A DNA stretch of 64,000 bases from a virus. Under the pieces are notes generated by a model. The model made no database searches. It had not been told where the DNA came from and saw nothing but the letters and a program-made list of their open reading frames with translations. The stretch lies in IMG/VR virus record IMGVR_UViG_3300043446_003158, positions 96,001 to 160,000 of that record. One strand, given 5' to 3'. The position numbers were made by a program, and so were the translations under genes. Shown here piece by piece: positions 37,044 through 46,893 of the stretch; within the stretch, counting starts at the first letter, position 1, and every line of letters starts with the position of its first letter.

Positions 37044-37649
37044 TTATTTAATTTCTGGCTTAGTTGTATCAGATGCAGCAGCAACAGCTTGCCAATATTG
37101 AACTTGGAATTCCACAGTATATTCTTCAATTGTATCAGTTGAATCCATAGAAAGATCAATTTGTGAAATATTCGTTGGGAATATTCCAACAAATTTATAT
37201 TCTCTCATAGTATCACCGACGCGATTAAGTTGTCTAACAAATGCGTCTTGTTGATAATTGGAAGGATTTACATCTCCGCTTGCGTCTGAAATTCTACTAA
37301 TTCCATTCATCCACTGCTCAAAGGATGTTCTAATTTTAAAATCAGTATCATTTAAAACTGTAATTGTCCAAGTATCAAAGGTTCTTTCTCCAGCAACTTT
37401 TAATGTTCTTCCTCTAAAAGGAATTTCAATAGGAGTAATATTGGATGCTGGAAGAGCAGCAGCTTTTACCATAAAAGTAAGCATACTTTCTGCAGCACCA
37501 GCAGTACCTGTTTCTGGTTTAGTAATTGGTTGTTTTCCACCAGCAATATTTAATTCAGTTGGAAAAGATATAGAGACTTCAAATAGATTAGGTCTTGCAC
37601 CACCACCAGTTAATTGAGATTTAAAGCTATCGAGAGTTTTTAATGCCAT
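37044..37649 (-). CDS. gp19: Tail tube protein
   Basis: GGGARPNLFEV, FRGRTLKVAGERTFDTWTITV, FPTNIS. Confidence 0.97.
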   Translation of the reverse strand: MALKTLDSFKSQLTGGGARPNLFEVSISFPTELNIAGGKQPITKPETGTAGAAESMLTFMVKAAALPASNITPIEIPFRGRTLKVAGERTFDTWTITVLNDTDFKIRTSFEQWMNGISRISDASGDVNPSNYQQDAFVRQLNRVGDTMREYKFVGIFPTNISQIDLSMDSTDTIEEYTVEFQVQYWQAVAAASDTTKPEIK

Positions 37650-37692
37650 TTTTTTTACCTCTAATAAGTAATTTTTAGATTATGATGAAAGA

Positions 37693-39870
37693 TTAAACAT
37701 TACCTACGATTTCTTCAAAAGAAACACCACTTCTCGTAGCTACAAAAGTCAGACCAATATAATTGATAGAACGTGATGGTTTTACATAGATATCGGCAAT
37801 AAACTCATTATTGTCAATTACTGCGGCAGTATTATTACTTGCATCACAAATAACTCTGTAATCTAATAATCCTCTTTTTGCTTGAATATCTCTTAAGAAA
37901 GGATCAACTGAATTTACAAAATTACTTCTTGTTGTTTCATCATTAAATTCAAACAATTGATCATCAGCAGCTGCTTTTATTGCATTTTCAATGTAAATCA
38001 TTAATCTGCGAACGTTAATTCTATCAAATGCTGATGATTTTGCTAAACCTGTTTTATCACCAAATAAAATTATTCCAGATCCTGAAGAGAAAATAACTGG
38101 ATTTACTCTATTAGAGTAAAGTCTATCTCTTTGTACTTTTGATGGATTATATGCAAGTTTAACTGCATTTAAAACTGAACCTCTTGATGTTCCAGCAGGT
38201 GAAACCCAAGGAGCATTTGCTATCTCAGCTCTTGCACAAATTCCAGCAATATCTCCATTTAATGGTACATATCTAAATGTTTGTGCAAATTTATCGTACA
38301 TGTACTTATAACCACTATCAAAAATTGCATAAGATGAAGATGGTATTGATGCATAGAAACTAATAACATTATCTGTTATTGTTGATGCATTTATAGGAAC
38401 AAATTGGGATGTACCACTTAAATTCAACATTGAATTTCTATATGGAGAAATACATGCGATGGCATCTTGTCTTTGTTCTGCAACTGAAATAATTTTAGAT
38501 GCTAATGCCTGGGCAGTCTCTTTATCATAAGCTGCCGATCCCATTAGTATAAAATCAGTATCATATTGTTCGGTATTTGTTAATAAATCATATCCACTTG
38601 ATAAATCTGCCAATGATGACACTAAGGATGCATTATTGTCTAAACTTGTTTGACCATCATAATTTTTTCCTCCAGATAATGAATAGGTTTCTGCACCTAA
38701 ACATTTAAATACTGTATTATTTTCAGTAACAGTATTCCAGTTCTTAGTTGTACCTAATGAAAAAGATGAAGAAGTTGTAAATCCACAAGTTACAACACCA
38801 GTTGGCTGAGAACCTGCAAAAATTAATGAAGATCCTTCAGAAACATACTTATTCCAATAAGAAGAACTTCCTGCAGCATAAACTGCATTTTTGGCTTTAG
38901 ATAAGGATAAATGTTTCTCTAAAACAGTACCAGAATTTCCAGTAATTCCTCCATCTCCATCAATAACAACGACGTGAAGTTCATCAAATCTACTTCCTCT
39001 AGAAGATGCAAATCTTGAAGTTCCTGGTCTTGGTCCAAGAGTATTCCATGCAATTGAACCATTGTCTAAAGTTATGGATTGTGAATCATACCAGTCTGGT
39101 GCCGATGAAAAAGTAACAGTTGATAATGCTACTGCGCTACCATTTTGGTGAATTCTAACAGTTCCTACACCTACAGAAAATCTGTAAACACCTTGTGGTT
39201 CGTAGTCAATTTGAGATTCTGTTCCAGATGCTGAAACATAACTCAATATTTTCACATCTAAAGTGCTAGCACCAATTCCAGTAATAATTCCTTTGATATA
39301 ACCATCTAAAACTGTAGTTGTTCCAATACCAGCATTAACAGTTCCACTAATAGATTGAGTTATTCCATAACCAACAACTACACTGCTTGTTGTTATTCCA
39401 CTTAAAATTTGATCAGCTTTACCATCAATGATTGCAACTTTTAATCCATTACCCCAAGATCCTGGATTTCTTGCTACAGCAACGTGACCAGAAATTGCAG
39501 TTTCATCGTATCCTTTATTTACATAATCATCATAACTTTTGATCTTTATACTTGTTCCTGCACCAGCAGATGTTCCAACTGCTGCATTATATAAACTTGT
39601 TCCATCAGATCTTAAAACTAGTAAATTTCCACCATATGCCAAGAACGATGAAGCGGTAAACCAAGTTTCATAATGAGTTGCTGAATTGCGTGGTTGTCCA
39701 AAATTTGCCAATAATTCTTGTTCGTTTTGAATCAAAACTGAACTCTCAACTGGACCTTTTTCAAAAGGCGCAACAATTGCGGCTACAGTGCTTGATGATG
39801 GGTCAACTCTTCCAACTGTTACATCAACTTCTCTTACAATAACTCCAGGAGATGCTAAATTTAAAGGCAT
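37693..39870 (-). CDS. gp18: Tail sheath protein
   Basis: LASPGVIVRE, ARNPGSWGN, SPAGTSRG, FDRINVRRL; AATAAATA at 39905-39912. Confidence 0.98.
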   Translation of the reverse strand: MPLNLASPGVIVREVDVTVGRVDPSSSTVAAIVAPFEKGPVESSVLIQNEQELLANFGQPRNSATHYETWFTASSFLAYGGNLLVLRSDGTSLYNAAVGTSAGAGTSIKIKSYDDYVNKGYDETAISGHVAVARNPGSWGNGLKVAIIDGKADQILSGITTSSVVVGYGITQSISGTVNAGIGTTTVLDGYIKGIITGIGASTLDVKILSYVSASGTESQIDYEPQGVYRFSVGVGTVRIHQNGSAVALSTVTFSSAPDWYDSQSITLDNGSIAWNTLGPRPGTSRFASSRGSRFDELHVVVIDGDGGITGNSGTVLEKHLSLSKAKNAVYAAGSSSYWNKYVSEGSSLIFAGSQPTGVVTCGFTTSSSFSLGTTKNWNTVTENNTVFKCLGAETYSLSGGKNYDGQTSLDNNASLVSSLADLSSGYDLLTNTEQYDTDFILMGSAAYDKETAQALASKIISVAEQRQDAIACISPYRNSMLNLSGTSQFVPINASTITDNVISFYASIPSSSYAIFDSGYKYMYDKFAQTFRYVPLNGDIAGICARAEIANAPWVSPAGTSRGSVLNAVKLAYNPSKVQRDRLYSNRVNPVIFSSGSGIILFGDKTGLAKSSAFDRINVRRLMIYIENAIKAAADDQLFEFNDETTRSNFVNSVDPFLRDIQAKRGLLDYRVICDASNNTAAVIDNNEFIADIYVKPSRSINYIGLTFVATRSGVSFEEIVGNV

Positions 39871-39951
39871 CTTCTTGTCTCCTTTTCCAGAAATATTCTA
39901 AAATTATTTATTAAAAAGACTATTTCTGATGGGGAAATAACCCACGAACAA

Positions 39952-40194
39952 TTACCAGTCTGGATATTCTATAAAATCTGATATAATTTCTTTTTTGGGG
40001 CATATTAATCTAGATTTTTTTATTCTTTGTATCGTACATTCTTTACATTCATAAGAATATGATGATGGTAAAGATCCTCTGTCTCTGTATGATAAATAAA
40101 AATCGTCCAATAAATTTTTTATTTGACCACAAGATCTACATTTTCGTTCCAAAAATAAAAGATGTTCTAAATCTACTTGATCATCTAAATCCAT
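39952..40194 (-). CDS. Small Zn-finger protein
   Basis: CRSC...CKEC pairs. Confidence 0.7.
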   Translation of the reverse strand: MDLDDQVDLEHLLFLERKCRSCGQIKNLLDDFYLSYRDRGSLPSSYSYECKECTIQRIKKSRLICPKKEIISDFIEYPDW

Positions 40195-41868
40195 TTAAAT
40201 ATAATCCCACATATAACTTCTATCACCATATTCGTCAAAATGCCAAGTATCACCATCACTATCTGTAAATGATGGTCCAGATTCTAATCCCGTAGATATA
40301 AAACCAAAAGGAGACATATCTGCTTCTATTTGTTCTTCTTGTTCTTCATATATTCTTTTACGAATATCATCATTTGTCATTTCTTTGAAATATGGTTGTG
40401 CAACTAACCAAGCAAAGATAACTAAACACATCATTAAATCATCATTACAACCTTCTTCTGCCATAAAAGTATTACTTTTTTGAATAAAGGTTGTCATCTC
40501 ACTAATAATATCATAATCATTAGTTAATAACTTATCATCTTCTATAAGAGTTCTTAAATTAGAACAACCTAGCTTTTTAACTGCAGCAGTCATTCTAATT
40601 CCAAGATAGGATTTTTTACCACTAAATCCTGTTCCTACTATTTGTCCTGCTCTACCTCTTTGAGAGCACATTAAAATGTTATCATACTCCAAATCATAGT
40701 GTAATATATTTGCTATTTGATCTCCAATATCATTAATCTCAACTAAAATCCAAGCATGATTGTATGCCTTTGCCAAAGGTTCTATGACGCTTGGGAAAAG
40801 CATGGGCTTTATTTCATTATTTCTATATTTTGCAACTACTTTATATGGAAAAGAAGTTATGTCTACAACAACAAATGCAGAGTAATCATTTCCTATTCCT
40901 CTTGCAACATCAACTGTAATCATATAATTGTGTCCATCTATTGGATCTTCGTAAACATCCAATCCTTTATGTTTTTTTATTGGATCTTCATATACTAAAT
41001 TTCTTAATTTAGAAGGATTGATTAAAGTATCAACGGATCCTAAAAATTCACATTCAAACTCAACTTTAAATTGCTGTTCAGAAGTGTTTGCAATTGTAGA
41101 TGCTTTCCATTTTTCGTCTCTTCCAGGAACTTCGGACCAGTGAACATCAGTTGGTACATATTCATTTTTACCTCTTTCAGAATCATGCCACTTTCTGTAA
41201 AAATGATTCATTCCACGTGGGGTGGAAACGATGATTACTTTTGTTGATGTTCCAGATGAAATAGTCGGATAAGTTGATGCGAAAAAATCATCTGCAATAT
41301 GGTTTGGGATAAACGCAAATTCGTCCAAAAATATAATGTTATATGATCCACCACGAACTGCAGATGCAGATGTTGATGCTGCGATGATTTTAGATCCATT
41401 CTCTAACTCCAGAGAACCTCTATTCCACTGCAAAACCCCTTGTTGCATCCATTTGGGTAAATTCTCATAAGCGAGTTGTAGGCGCTGTAAAAGATCTCTG
41501 GCAGTTGATGCTTTGTTTGCCAAGATTGCAATATTTACATTATCATTAAAAACAGCATAATGTAAAAGATATGAAACGCACGTTGTAGATTTTCCCGTTT
41601 GACGGGGCATCTTACAAATATTAAATCTGTGCTTATGGAAATTATTAATTAATTTTTCTTGAAATGGGTATAGATCAAATGGGACTAAACCATGATCAAG
41701 AGAAACAATCTTAATGTAATTTTTTGCAAAATAAACAGGGTCTTCTTTACACTTAAAAAATTCTATAATTTGCTCTTGTGTCCATGAAAATGATGTATTT
41801 GCCCTTTTTAAATTTGGATTTGATAAGTAAGCATCAGATTGCTTAAGTTGAATATCTTGAATTGTCAT
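40195..41868 (-). CDS. gp17: Terminase large subunit
   Basis: MPRQTGKST, FLDEFAF, VSTPRG, DVARG, DDLMM. Confidence 0.98.
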   Translation of the reverse strand: MTIQDIQLKQSDAYLSNPNLKRANTSFSWTQEQIIEFFKCKEDPVYFAKNYIKIVSLDHGLVPFDLYPFQEKLINNFHKHRFNICKMPRQTGKSTTCVSYLLHYAVFNDNVNIAILANKASTARDLLQRLQLAYENLPKWMQQGVLQWNRGSLELENGSKIIAASTSASAVRGGSYNIIFLDEFAFIPNHIADDFFASTYPTISSGTSTKVIIVSTPRGMNHFYRKWHDSERGKNEYVPTDVHWSEVPGRDEKWKASTIANTSEQQFKVEFECEFLGSVDTLINPSKLRNLVYEDPIKKHKGLDVYEDPIDGHNYMITVDVARGIGNDYSAFVVVDITSFPYKVVAKYRNNEIKPMLFPSVIEPLAKAYNHAWILVEINDIGDQIANILHYDLEYDNILMCSQRGRAGQIVGTGFSGKKSYLGIRMTAAVKKLGCSNLRTLIEDDKLLTNDYDIISEMTTFIQKSNTFMAEEGCNDDLMMCLVIFAWLVAQPYFKEMTNDDIRKRIYEEQEEQIEADMSPFGFISTGLESGPSFTDSDGDTWHFDEYGDRSYMWDYI

Positions 41869-42596
41869 AATTCGTTCTTAATCAATAAAATATCAAAAGC
41901 AGCAGTATATCTACCATTATTACTTCTTGATGTTAACCTGACATCAATATCAGTTTTTTCTGGCATTTGTATTGGGAACGCAAATTTATAAAAATACTCT
42001 CCACCATCTCCAGACACTTCAAAAGTATGACCAACTCTAAATGCGGTTTCATCTGCAAAACGAAACTTCATATATCCAGTAGCATCTGCACCTGCCTGGG
42101 CACTACAAACACCTTGGTATAAGTATCCAGTGTATCCTGCAGGAACAGTATAAACTGCCATCAGGGTTTGTCCAAGTCCTGCAGTAATTCTAAGAACTTC
42201 TGTTCCATTCCTAGAAAAACTAACTTGTGCAACATTCTCTGCACCAGAAGAAATATATGCACGAAAAACTCTTTTGAATACTTGTGTTCCAGTTACTGTT
42301 CCAGAACTTGATAAAGTAAAAACTTCAGAAACTTGATTCCAATTTGCATCAAGTCCAATCAGTGTAACTTGTTTGCCATTGTCTGATGCATTTGCTTGTG
42401 CTGCTACAAGAACTCCTGCAGTATTAAATGCACTCCAGGGATACAAAGTATCTGGTTTATCCCAAACTGATGCTGTAGTGTTTGTTGCTTGTCCTGGTGT
42501 TGCACCAAATTTATGAAGTGTTGATGCACCACGAGTCTTGCCCCTCGCAACATTCAATTCAAAATTTTCATCCCAAATATAATTTTTAAAACTCAT
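41865..42596 (-). CDS. Hypothetical beta-rich protein, probably virion-associated
   Basis: ORF between gp16 and gp17 in late block. Confidence 0.7.
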   Translation of the reverse strand: MSFKNYIWDENFELNVARGKTRGASTLHKFGATPGQATNTTASVWDKPDTLYPWSAFNTAGVLVAAQANASDNGKQVTLIGLDANWNQVSEVFTLSSSGTVTGTQVFKRVFRAYISSGAENVAQVSFSRNGTEVLRITAGLGQTLMAVYTVPAGYTGYLYQGVCSAQAGADATGYMKFRFADETAFRVGHTFEVSGDGGEYFYKFAFPIQMPEKTDIDVRLTSRSNNGRYTAAFDILLIKNEL

Positions 42597-42598
42597 AA

Positions 42599-42907
42599 TC
42601 ACTCACCCCATGATAATCTTTCTGGTTGATATCTTTGTGCGTTTTTAATTCTTGAGGTATTTACTTGAGCAGGATAAACATTATGAACGATTGCGCCAGG
42701 ATATTCTCCTTGAATTTGTTCAGTAAGTTCATTTTTAGAAAGCATCTTGCCTTCTACTTCTAAACGATAAAGTTTTCCTTCCCAGACTATATCAGCAAAA
42801 AATGACTCACTTGCTTGTTCTGGTTGAGAACCACCAACATTTAAAGTACCATTAAAATCGCCATTAATTGTGATTGATTCGTTTAAAAATTGTTTGAAAG
42901 ATTTCAT
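42599..42907 (-). CDS. Small protein with capsid-targeting-like N-terminus
   Basis: Probable start MKSFKQFLNE-S at 42907. Confidence 0.75.
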   Translation of the reverse strand: MKSFKQFLNESITINGDFNGTLNVGGSQPEQASESFFADIVWEGKLYRLEVEGKMLSKNELTEQIQGEYPGAIVHNVYPAQVNTSRIKNAQRYQPERLSWGE

Positions 42908-42912
42908 TTTTA

Positions 42913-44253
42913 TCACCACTTAACTTTATTTGCCCAATACGCTGCAGACATTGGTCCTCTAGCAATATTTTTGGCATGTCTTGTTTTAAATCTATGGCGA
43001 CGACTTGCATATGCTTTTGATTCTCCTTCTTTTTTTGGAGATCCCTTAACTCCTCTTTGACCAAAACGAATGATCTTTTCGGTTCCTCCAGAACATGCTT
43101 TTACGACATGAGATTTACCCGTGAGAGAATCACCCACAGGATCAGACTTTGGGGAATTGCATTTCATTTTTGACTTTTCAACTTTTTCCATAAAATAATG
43201 AAATGTTTTTTGTTCTGAAACAGTTTGTTGCTTACTTCCTTTCCAAACTCCATTATTATCAACAATTGGTTTCATATGATCTGGACCAATTATATCAACA
43301 ACGTTTGCAAAAGTATTTCCGTTTGCATCTTCAATAGATACTGATTCCTTACGAATATCTGGAAGTTTTGCACCCGTTGCTCTTGGTTCTTTTCCTTTTG
43401 GAAAAACTCTTTTTCCTTTTTCTTTGGGTAAAATTGGACCAGATTCGACACTTTCCGACTTCATTTCTCCACTATCTACATAATCTGCTGCAGTATCCAA
43501 ATAATCTGCCGCCTTTGTAATTTTAGATTGAACCCATGCTTCTATATTTCCCTCACCTTTCATTTTTTTCTTGAGTCTATTTGCAGCAGAAATAATGGTT
43601 GAAATTTCCGAACGTGCCATAGAATGCTCATGATCTCTTTCTTCATTTGCTGGATGAGGAGAATTAGGATCATATGAATTTGATCCTAATGCAACAGGAG
43701 ATGAGAACATGTCCCAATATTTTGGACCATATTTACATTCATTTCTAGTTTCTTCTTTTTGGCATCTAGGGCAATATCTAACCATCTCTACTTGTTCTGG
43801 AACACAATTTGGAACTTCACGTCCATTTTTGATTTTTGTTCCTTTGGCAACTTTACCAGGCCAACACCTACTGGCACCAACATTTTTACGAGCTTGCTTA
43901 AGACCTTCTTCAATATCTAAAGTTTTTGGATATCCTTTCTCTCCTGGTTTTTTGGGTGGTTTTCCTGCTTTTCTACGAGCATGAATATTTGCCCAAAGAC
44001 CTTTTCCTTCAGTAACATCTTTAAATTTTTGATGTTCTTTTTTTGCAGATGTTTCCATTTTTTTAAGTCTTGTGTAGTAATCTGGTATTTCGTCCAAATG
44101 TTGAAGTGCTATCTCTTTAGCAAGTTCATGATCTTTTGTATGCTCATGTTCTATGGGTTCTCCCATATCCAACTGTTTTTGTATAAACGAAACATCAAGA
44201 CGATGCTTTTTAGCAATCGCTTCAACAGTTTTAAATGGTTTTATTTTACCCAC
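42913..44253 (-). CDS. Multi-module protein, putative protease-processed polyprotein
   Basis: HEH..H..DYY module, basic modules, CxxC..C module, C-terminal basic domain; CTAAATA at 44278-44284. Confidence 0.75.
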   Translation of the reverse strand: MGKIKPFKTVEAIAKKHRLDVSFIQKQLDMGEPIEHEHTKDHELAKEIALQHLDEIPDYYTRLKKMETSAKKEHQKFKDVTEGKGLWANIHARRKAGKPPKKPGEKGYPKTLDIEEGLKQARKNVGASRCWPGKVAKGTKIKNGREVPNCVPEQVEMVRYCPRCQKEETRNECKYGPKYWDMFSSPVALGSNSYDPNSPHPANEERDHEHSMARSEISTIISAANRLKKKMKGEGNIEAWVQSKITKAADYLDTAADYVDSGEMKSESVESGPILPKEKGKRVFPKGKEPRATGAKLPDIRKESVSIEDANGNTFANVVDIIGPDHMKPIVDNNGVWKGSKQQTVSEQKTFHYFMEKVEKSKMKCNSPKSDPVGDSLTGKSHVVKACSGGTEKIIRFGQRGVKGSPKKEGESKAYASRRHRFKTRHAKNIARGPMSAAYWANKVKW

Positions 44254-44266
44254 AGATAAATTTATG

Positions 44267-44689
44267 TTACTCTTTATTATTTAGAAAACCTTGTTTTAGT
44301 AATTTAGATAATTCCGCAGTAGATCCAACAAAGAGAGCATTATTTGTTACATTATTTGTAGTTCTTGTCGTTTCTTCTTCAACATCTTTCAATTTCTTTT
44401 GTAAATCTATCAACTTATCAGTTGTATCGGCAACATTTTTGATAAGTTGACCAGCAACTTCATATGCTCTTGGACTTCCACCCTCACCAGCAAGTTCCAT
44501 TATTCCATTAATTGCTTCTTGTCCTTTTTCAATTAATGAATATAAATTTGCTCTGGTATATTCATAATCTTTTTTAATATCATCTTGCTCTGGTTTAATA
44601 ATTTCAATATCACAATTTTTAGAATCACTCTCAATAATTTCACTACTAATGTTTAATGCTTTATCCAATTTATCGTAATTATTTTTCAT
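44267..44689 (-). CDS. gp16: Terminase small subunit
   Basis: DYEYTRANL..SPRAYEVAGQLIK; follows gp15. Confidence 0.9.
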   Translation of the reverse strand: MKNNYDKLDKALNISSEIIESDSKNCDIEIIKPEQDDIKKDYEYTRANLYSLIEKGQEAINGIMELAGEGGSPRAYEVAGQLIKNVADTTDKLIDLQKKLKDVEEETTRTTNNVTNNALFVGSTAELSKLLKQGFLNNKE

Positions 44690-44694
44690 ATGAT

Positions 44695-45492
44695 TTAAAT
44701 ATCAGTTTGCTGTGTTGGACTATAAGTTTTAGAATCATCAAAGTATTCCCAAGAACCGTCAAATCCAAAATCATCATCTGGTTCAGCATTTATCGGATCT
44801 GGTTGAACAGTGTATCTCATTTCACGTTTTGCTGAAACTATATCAGTATTTGTATGAATATCAACTTGAACTTTACGAATTAATCCATCAGTTGTAGAAG
44901 CAACAGGACCAAATAGATATGTTTTTGCAGTAAATTGTAATGTATAAATTAAAGCCCGTCTTGAAGAAAAATCTCCCTCATAATCATCTTGAAAAGATAT
45001 ATTATCCAGAACAATAGGTATATCTCTTTTTTCTCCTATAGAATCAACTAAATCTACTGTTAAATTAAATGATGGTTGAAAATAGGGCAAAATTTGTTCT
45101 ATAATCTGTAAAGCATCATCATTTAATTTGCATAAAATATTTAATTCAAAACCAATATTGTAAGGAACTGGTAAATAAACTTTTTTTAAATTTTGTCCAT
45201 CAGATGCTTTAAATGTTTGAGTAACTCCGGATTTTCTTGAAGAATCATATTGAATAGAGTTCATTTCAAATGACATTCTTGGTAATGTAATTTGAACTGG
45301 TTTATTTAAATTTGCCTGTTGCTCTATTCTTGCTAGAAACTTTTGAGATGGACCATAAGAAATAGGAACTCTTATTTCACTATAAGTATCTCCATCAGCA
45401 TCTTTATGCTTTATATACATTTGATTAAACAAAGTTCCAAATGAAACTATTGTTTTTCTAATAATTTCGTGATAGTAATAAGTTCCTAACAT
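44695..45492 (-). CDS. gp15: Tail sheath stabiliser / terminator
   Basis: YYHEIIRKTIVSFGTLFN, VPISYGP..KFLARI, LPRMSFE, EQILPYFQP. Confidence 0.95.
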   Translation of the reverse strand: MLGTYYYHEIIRKTIVSFGTLFNQMYIKHKDADGDTYSEIRVPISYGPSQKFLARIEQQANLNKPVQITLPRMSFEMNSIQYDSSRKSGVTQTFKASDGQNLKKVYLPVPYNIGFELNILCKLNDDALQIIEQILPYFQPSFNLTVDLVDSIGEKRDIPIVLDNISFQDDYEGDFSSRRALIYTLQFTAKTYLFGPVASTTDGLIRKVQVDIHTNTDIVSAKREMRYTVQPDPINAEPDDDFGFDGSWEYFDDSKTYSPTQQTDI

Positions 45493-46892
45493 TAGTAATT
45501 ACCGAACGGATTTGATTCTGTGAAATCTAGAATTAGATCTGCCTCTTCTTCTATTTCATCGTTTTGTTCATATTTATCAGAAAATTGTGTTCCTGACGTT
45601 ACTTTTAATGTATATCTTGCAGAAGAAGAAGTTCCAACTATTGTTTCTCCTGCTATAAACGTTCCATCAATTACACCAACCGTTAAAATGTTGGTATCTT
45701 TATCCCATGATTTAACTCTAGAAGTTGTTCCTGATTCTAATCCACGTATAACTTCATTAAAAGAATAAGTTCCTATTCCAGTTAATAAAGGTGGTGGAGC
45801 AATTGTTACTGTTGGTGTAGTTGTATAACCAATTCCAGCATCACGAATTAATATTTGAGTTATAGATCCAGAAGAACCAACAACAGAAATACCGGTAGCA
45901 GTAACTCCAGATCCAACAGGAGGACTACTAAAAGTTACTAAAGGAGGTTTTACATATCCTTCACCATACGTAGTAATACCAACAACTTTTGCACCATAAG
46001 ATCCTTCTACTATTTCTGCAGTTGCCGCAGCACCAACACCACTTCCGTTAGAATATATGGTTACAGATGGTATAGAAGTATATCCTGCTCCTGGATTTAT
46101 TAATAATATTTCTTTAATTGAACAAACTCCACCTTTACATGTTGTAATTGCAACCGCAGAAGCATTTACTCCGCCTGCTGGAGCTGAAGAAAATCCAACA
46201 GTAGGAATTCCAGTATATCCATTACCGTCGTTGTTTATAAACACTCTACGAACATATCCACTAGAAATTCCAGCAGTTGCTGTTGTGGTTTGCCCAAATG
46301 AGAATAATTGTAAAGATGTAATATACCCTTGTTGTTGTAAAGTTCCGTCTATTTCATCGACCGCAGTACTAACATCAGAAAATCCTCCAATTTCATCTTC
46401 ATATTCAAATAGTTCACACTTTAATTCATAGACATAATTTTTTCCCAATTGATAAAAAGGTTGTTCGTGCTCAACAAATTTAACTTCAAAAAGTCTTTGA
46501 CCTAGTGGAAAATATATAATATCTCCTTCTCTAGGACGTGTAGACAAGACTATTTCATTATCATCCATCCCTTCTAAAAATGGAGATATAAAATCTTCAA
46601 AGCGTTCTTTTGAAATAATTAATACCAATTCATCACGTAAACTCATTCCAAATTTAGTTAAAATATCTCCAGATCCACCATACCCTTCAAAGTTACTTAC
46701 ATAAGCTTCTATTGAAAAATTATCATCAAATCTAGATGAACTAACTTCCCTAAAAATAGTATCTTTTCTAACAAATTTTCTTGGTATGTACAAAACTTCA
46801 ACACCATATATTTTTAGGTGTTCATTTATAAGTTCTTGTATTAATCTCTGTTCACCAGGAGATCCTTGCAGAAAAAAGGGATTTAGTGCCAT
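45492..46892 (-). CDS. gp14: Neck protein with inserted GxGY-repeat domain
   Basis: IYGVEVLYIPR, RPREGDIIYFP, LFEVKFVEHEQPFYQLG. Confidence 0.93.
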   Translation of the reverse strand: MALNPFFLQGSPGEQRLIQELINEHLKIYGVEVLYIPRKFVRKDTIFREVSSSRFDDNFSIEAYVSNFEGYGGSGDILTKFGMSLRDELVLIISKERFEDFISPFLEGMDDNEIVLSTRPREGDIIYFPLGQRLFEVKFVEHEQPFYQLGKNYVYELKCELFEYEDEIGGFSDVSTAVDEIDGTLQQQGYITSLQLFSFGQTTTATAGISSGYVRRVFINNDGNGYTGIPTVGFSSAPAGGVNASAVAITTCKGGVCSIKEILLINPGAGYTSIPSVTIYSNGSGVGAAATAEIVEGSYGAKVVGITTYGEGYVKPPLVTFSSPPVGSGVTATGISVVGSSGSITQILIRDAGIGYTTTPTVTIAPPPLLTGIGTYSFNEVIRGLESGTTSRVKSWDKDTNILTVGVIDGTFIAGETIVGTSSSARYTLKVTSGTQFSDKYEQNDEIEEEADLILDFTESNPFGNY

Positions 46893-46893
46893 A

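Noticed and set aside
10214-41868. Inteins or group I introns in gp43, gp41, gp17, gp20, gp23
   Set aside because: ORFs are continuous and normal in length; no splicing or LAGLIDADG motifs seen
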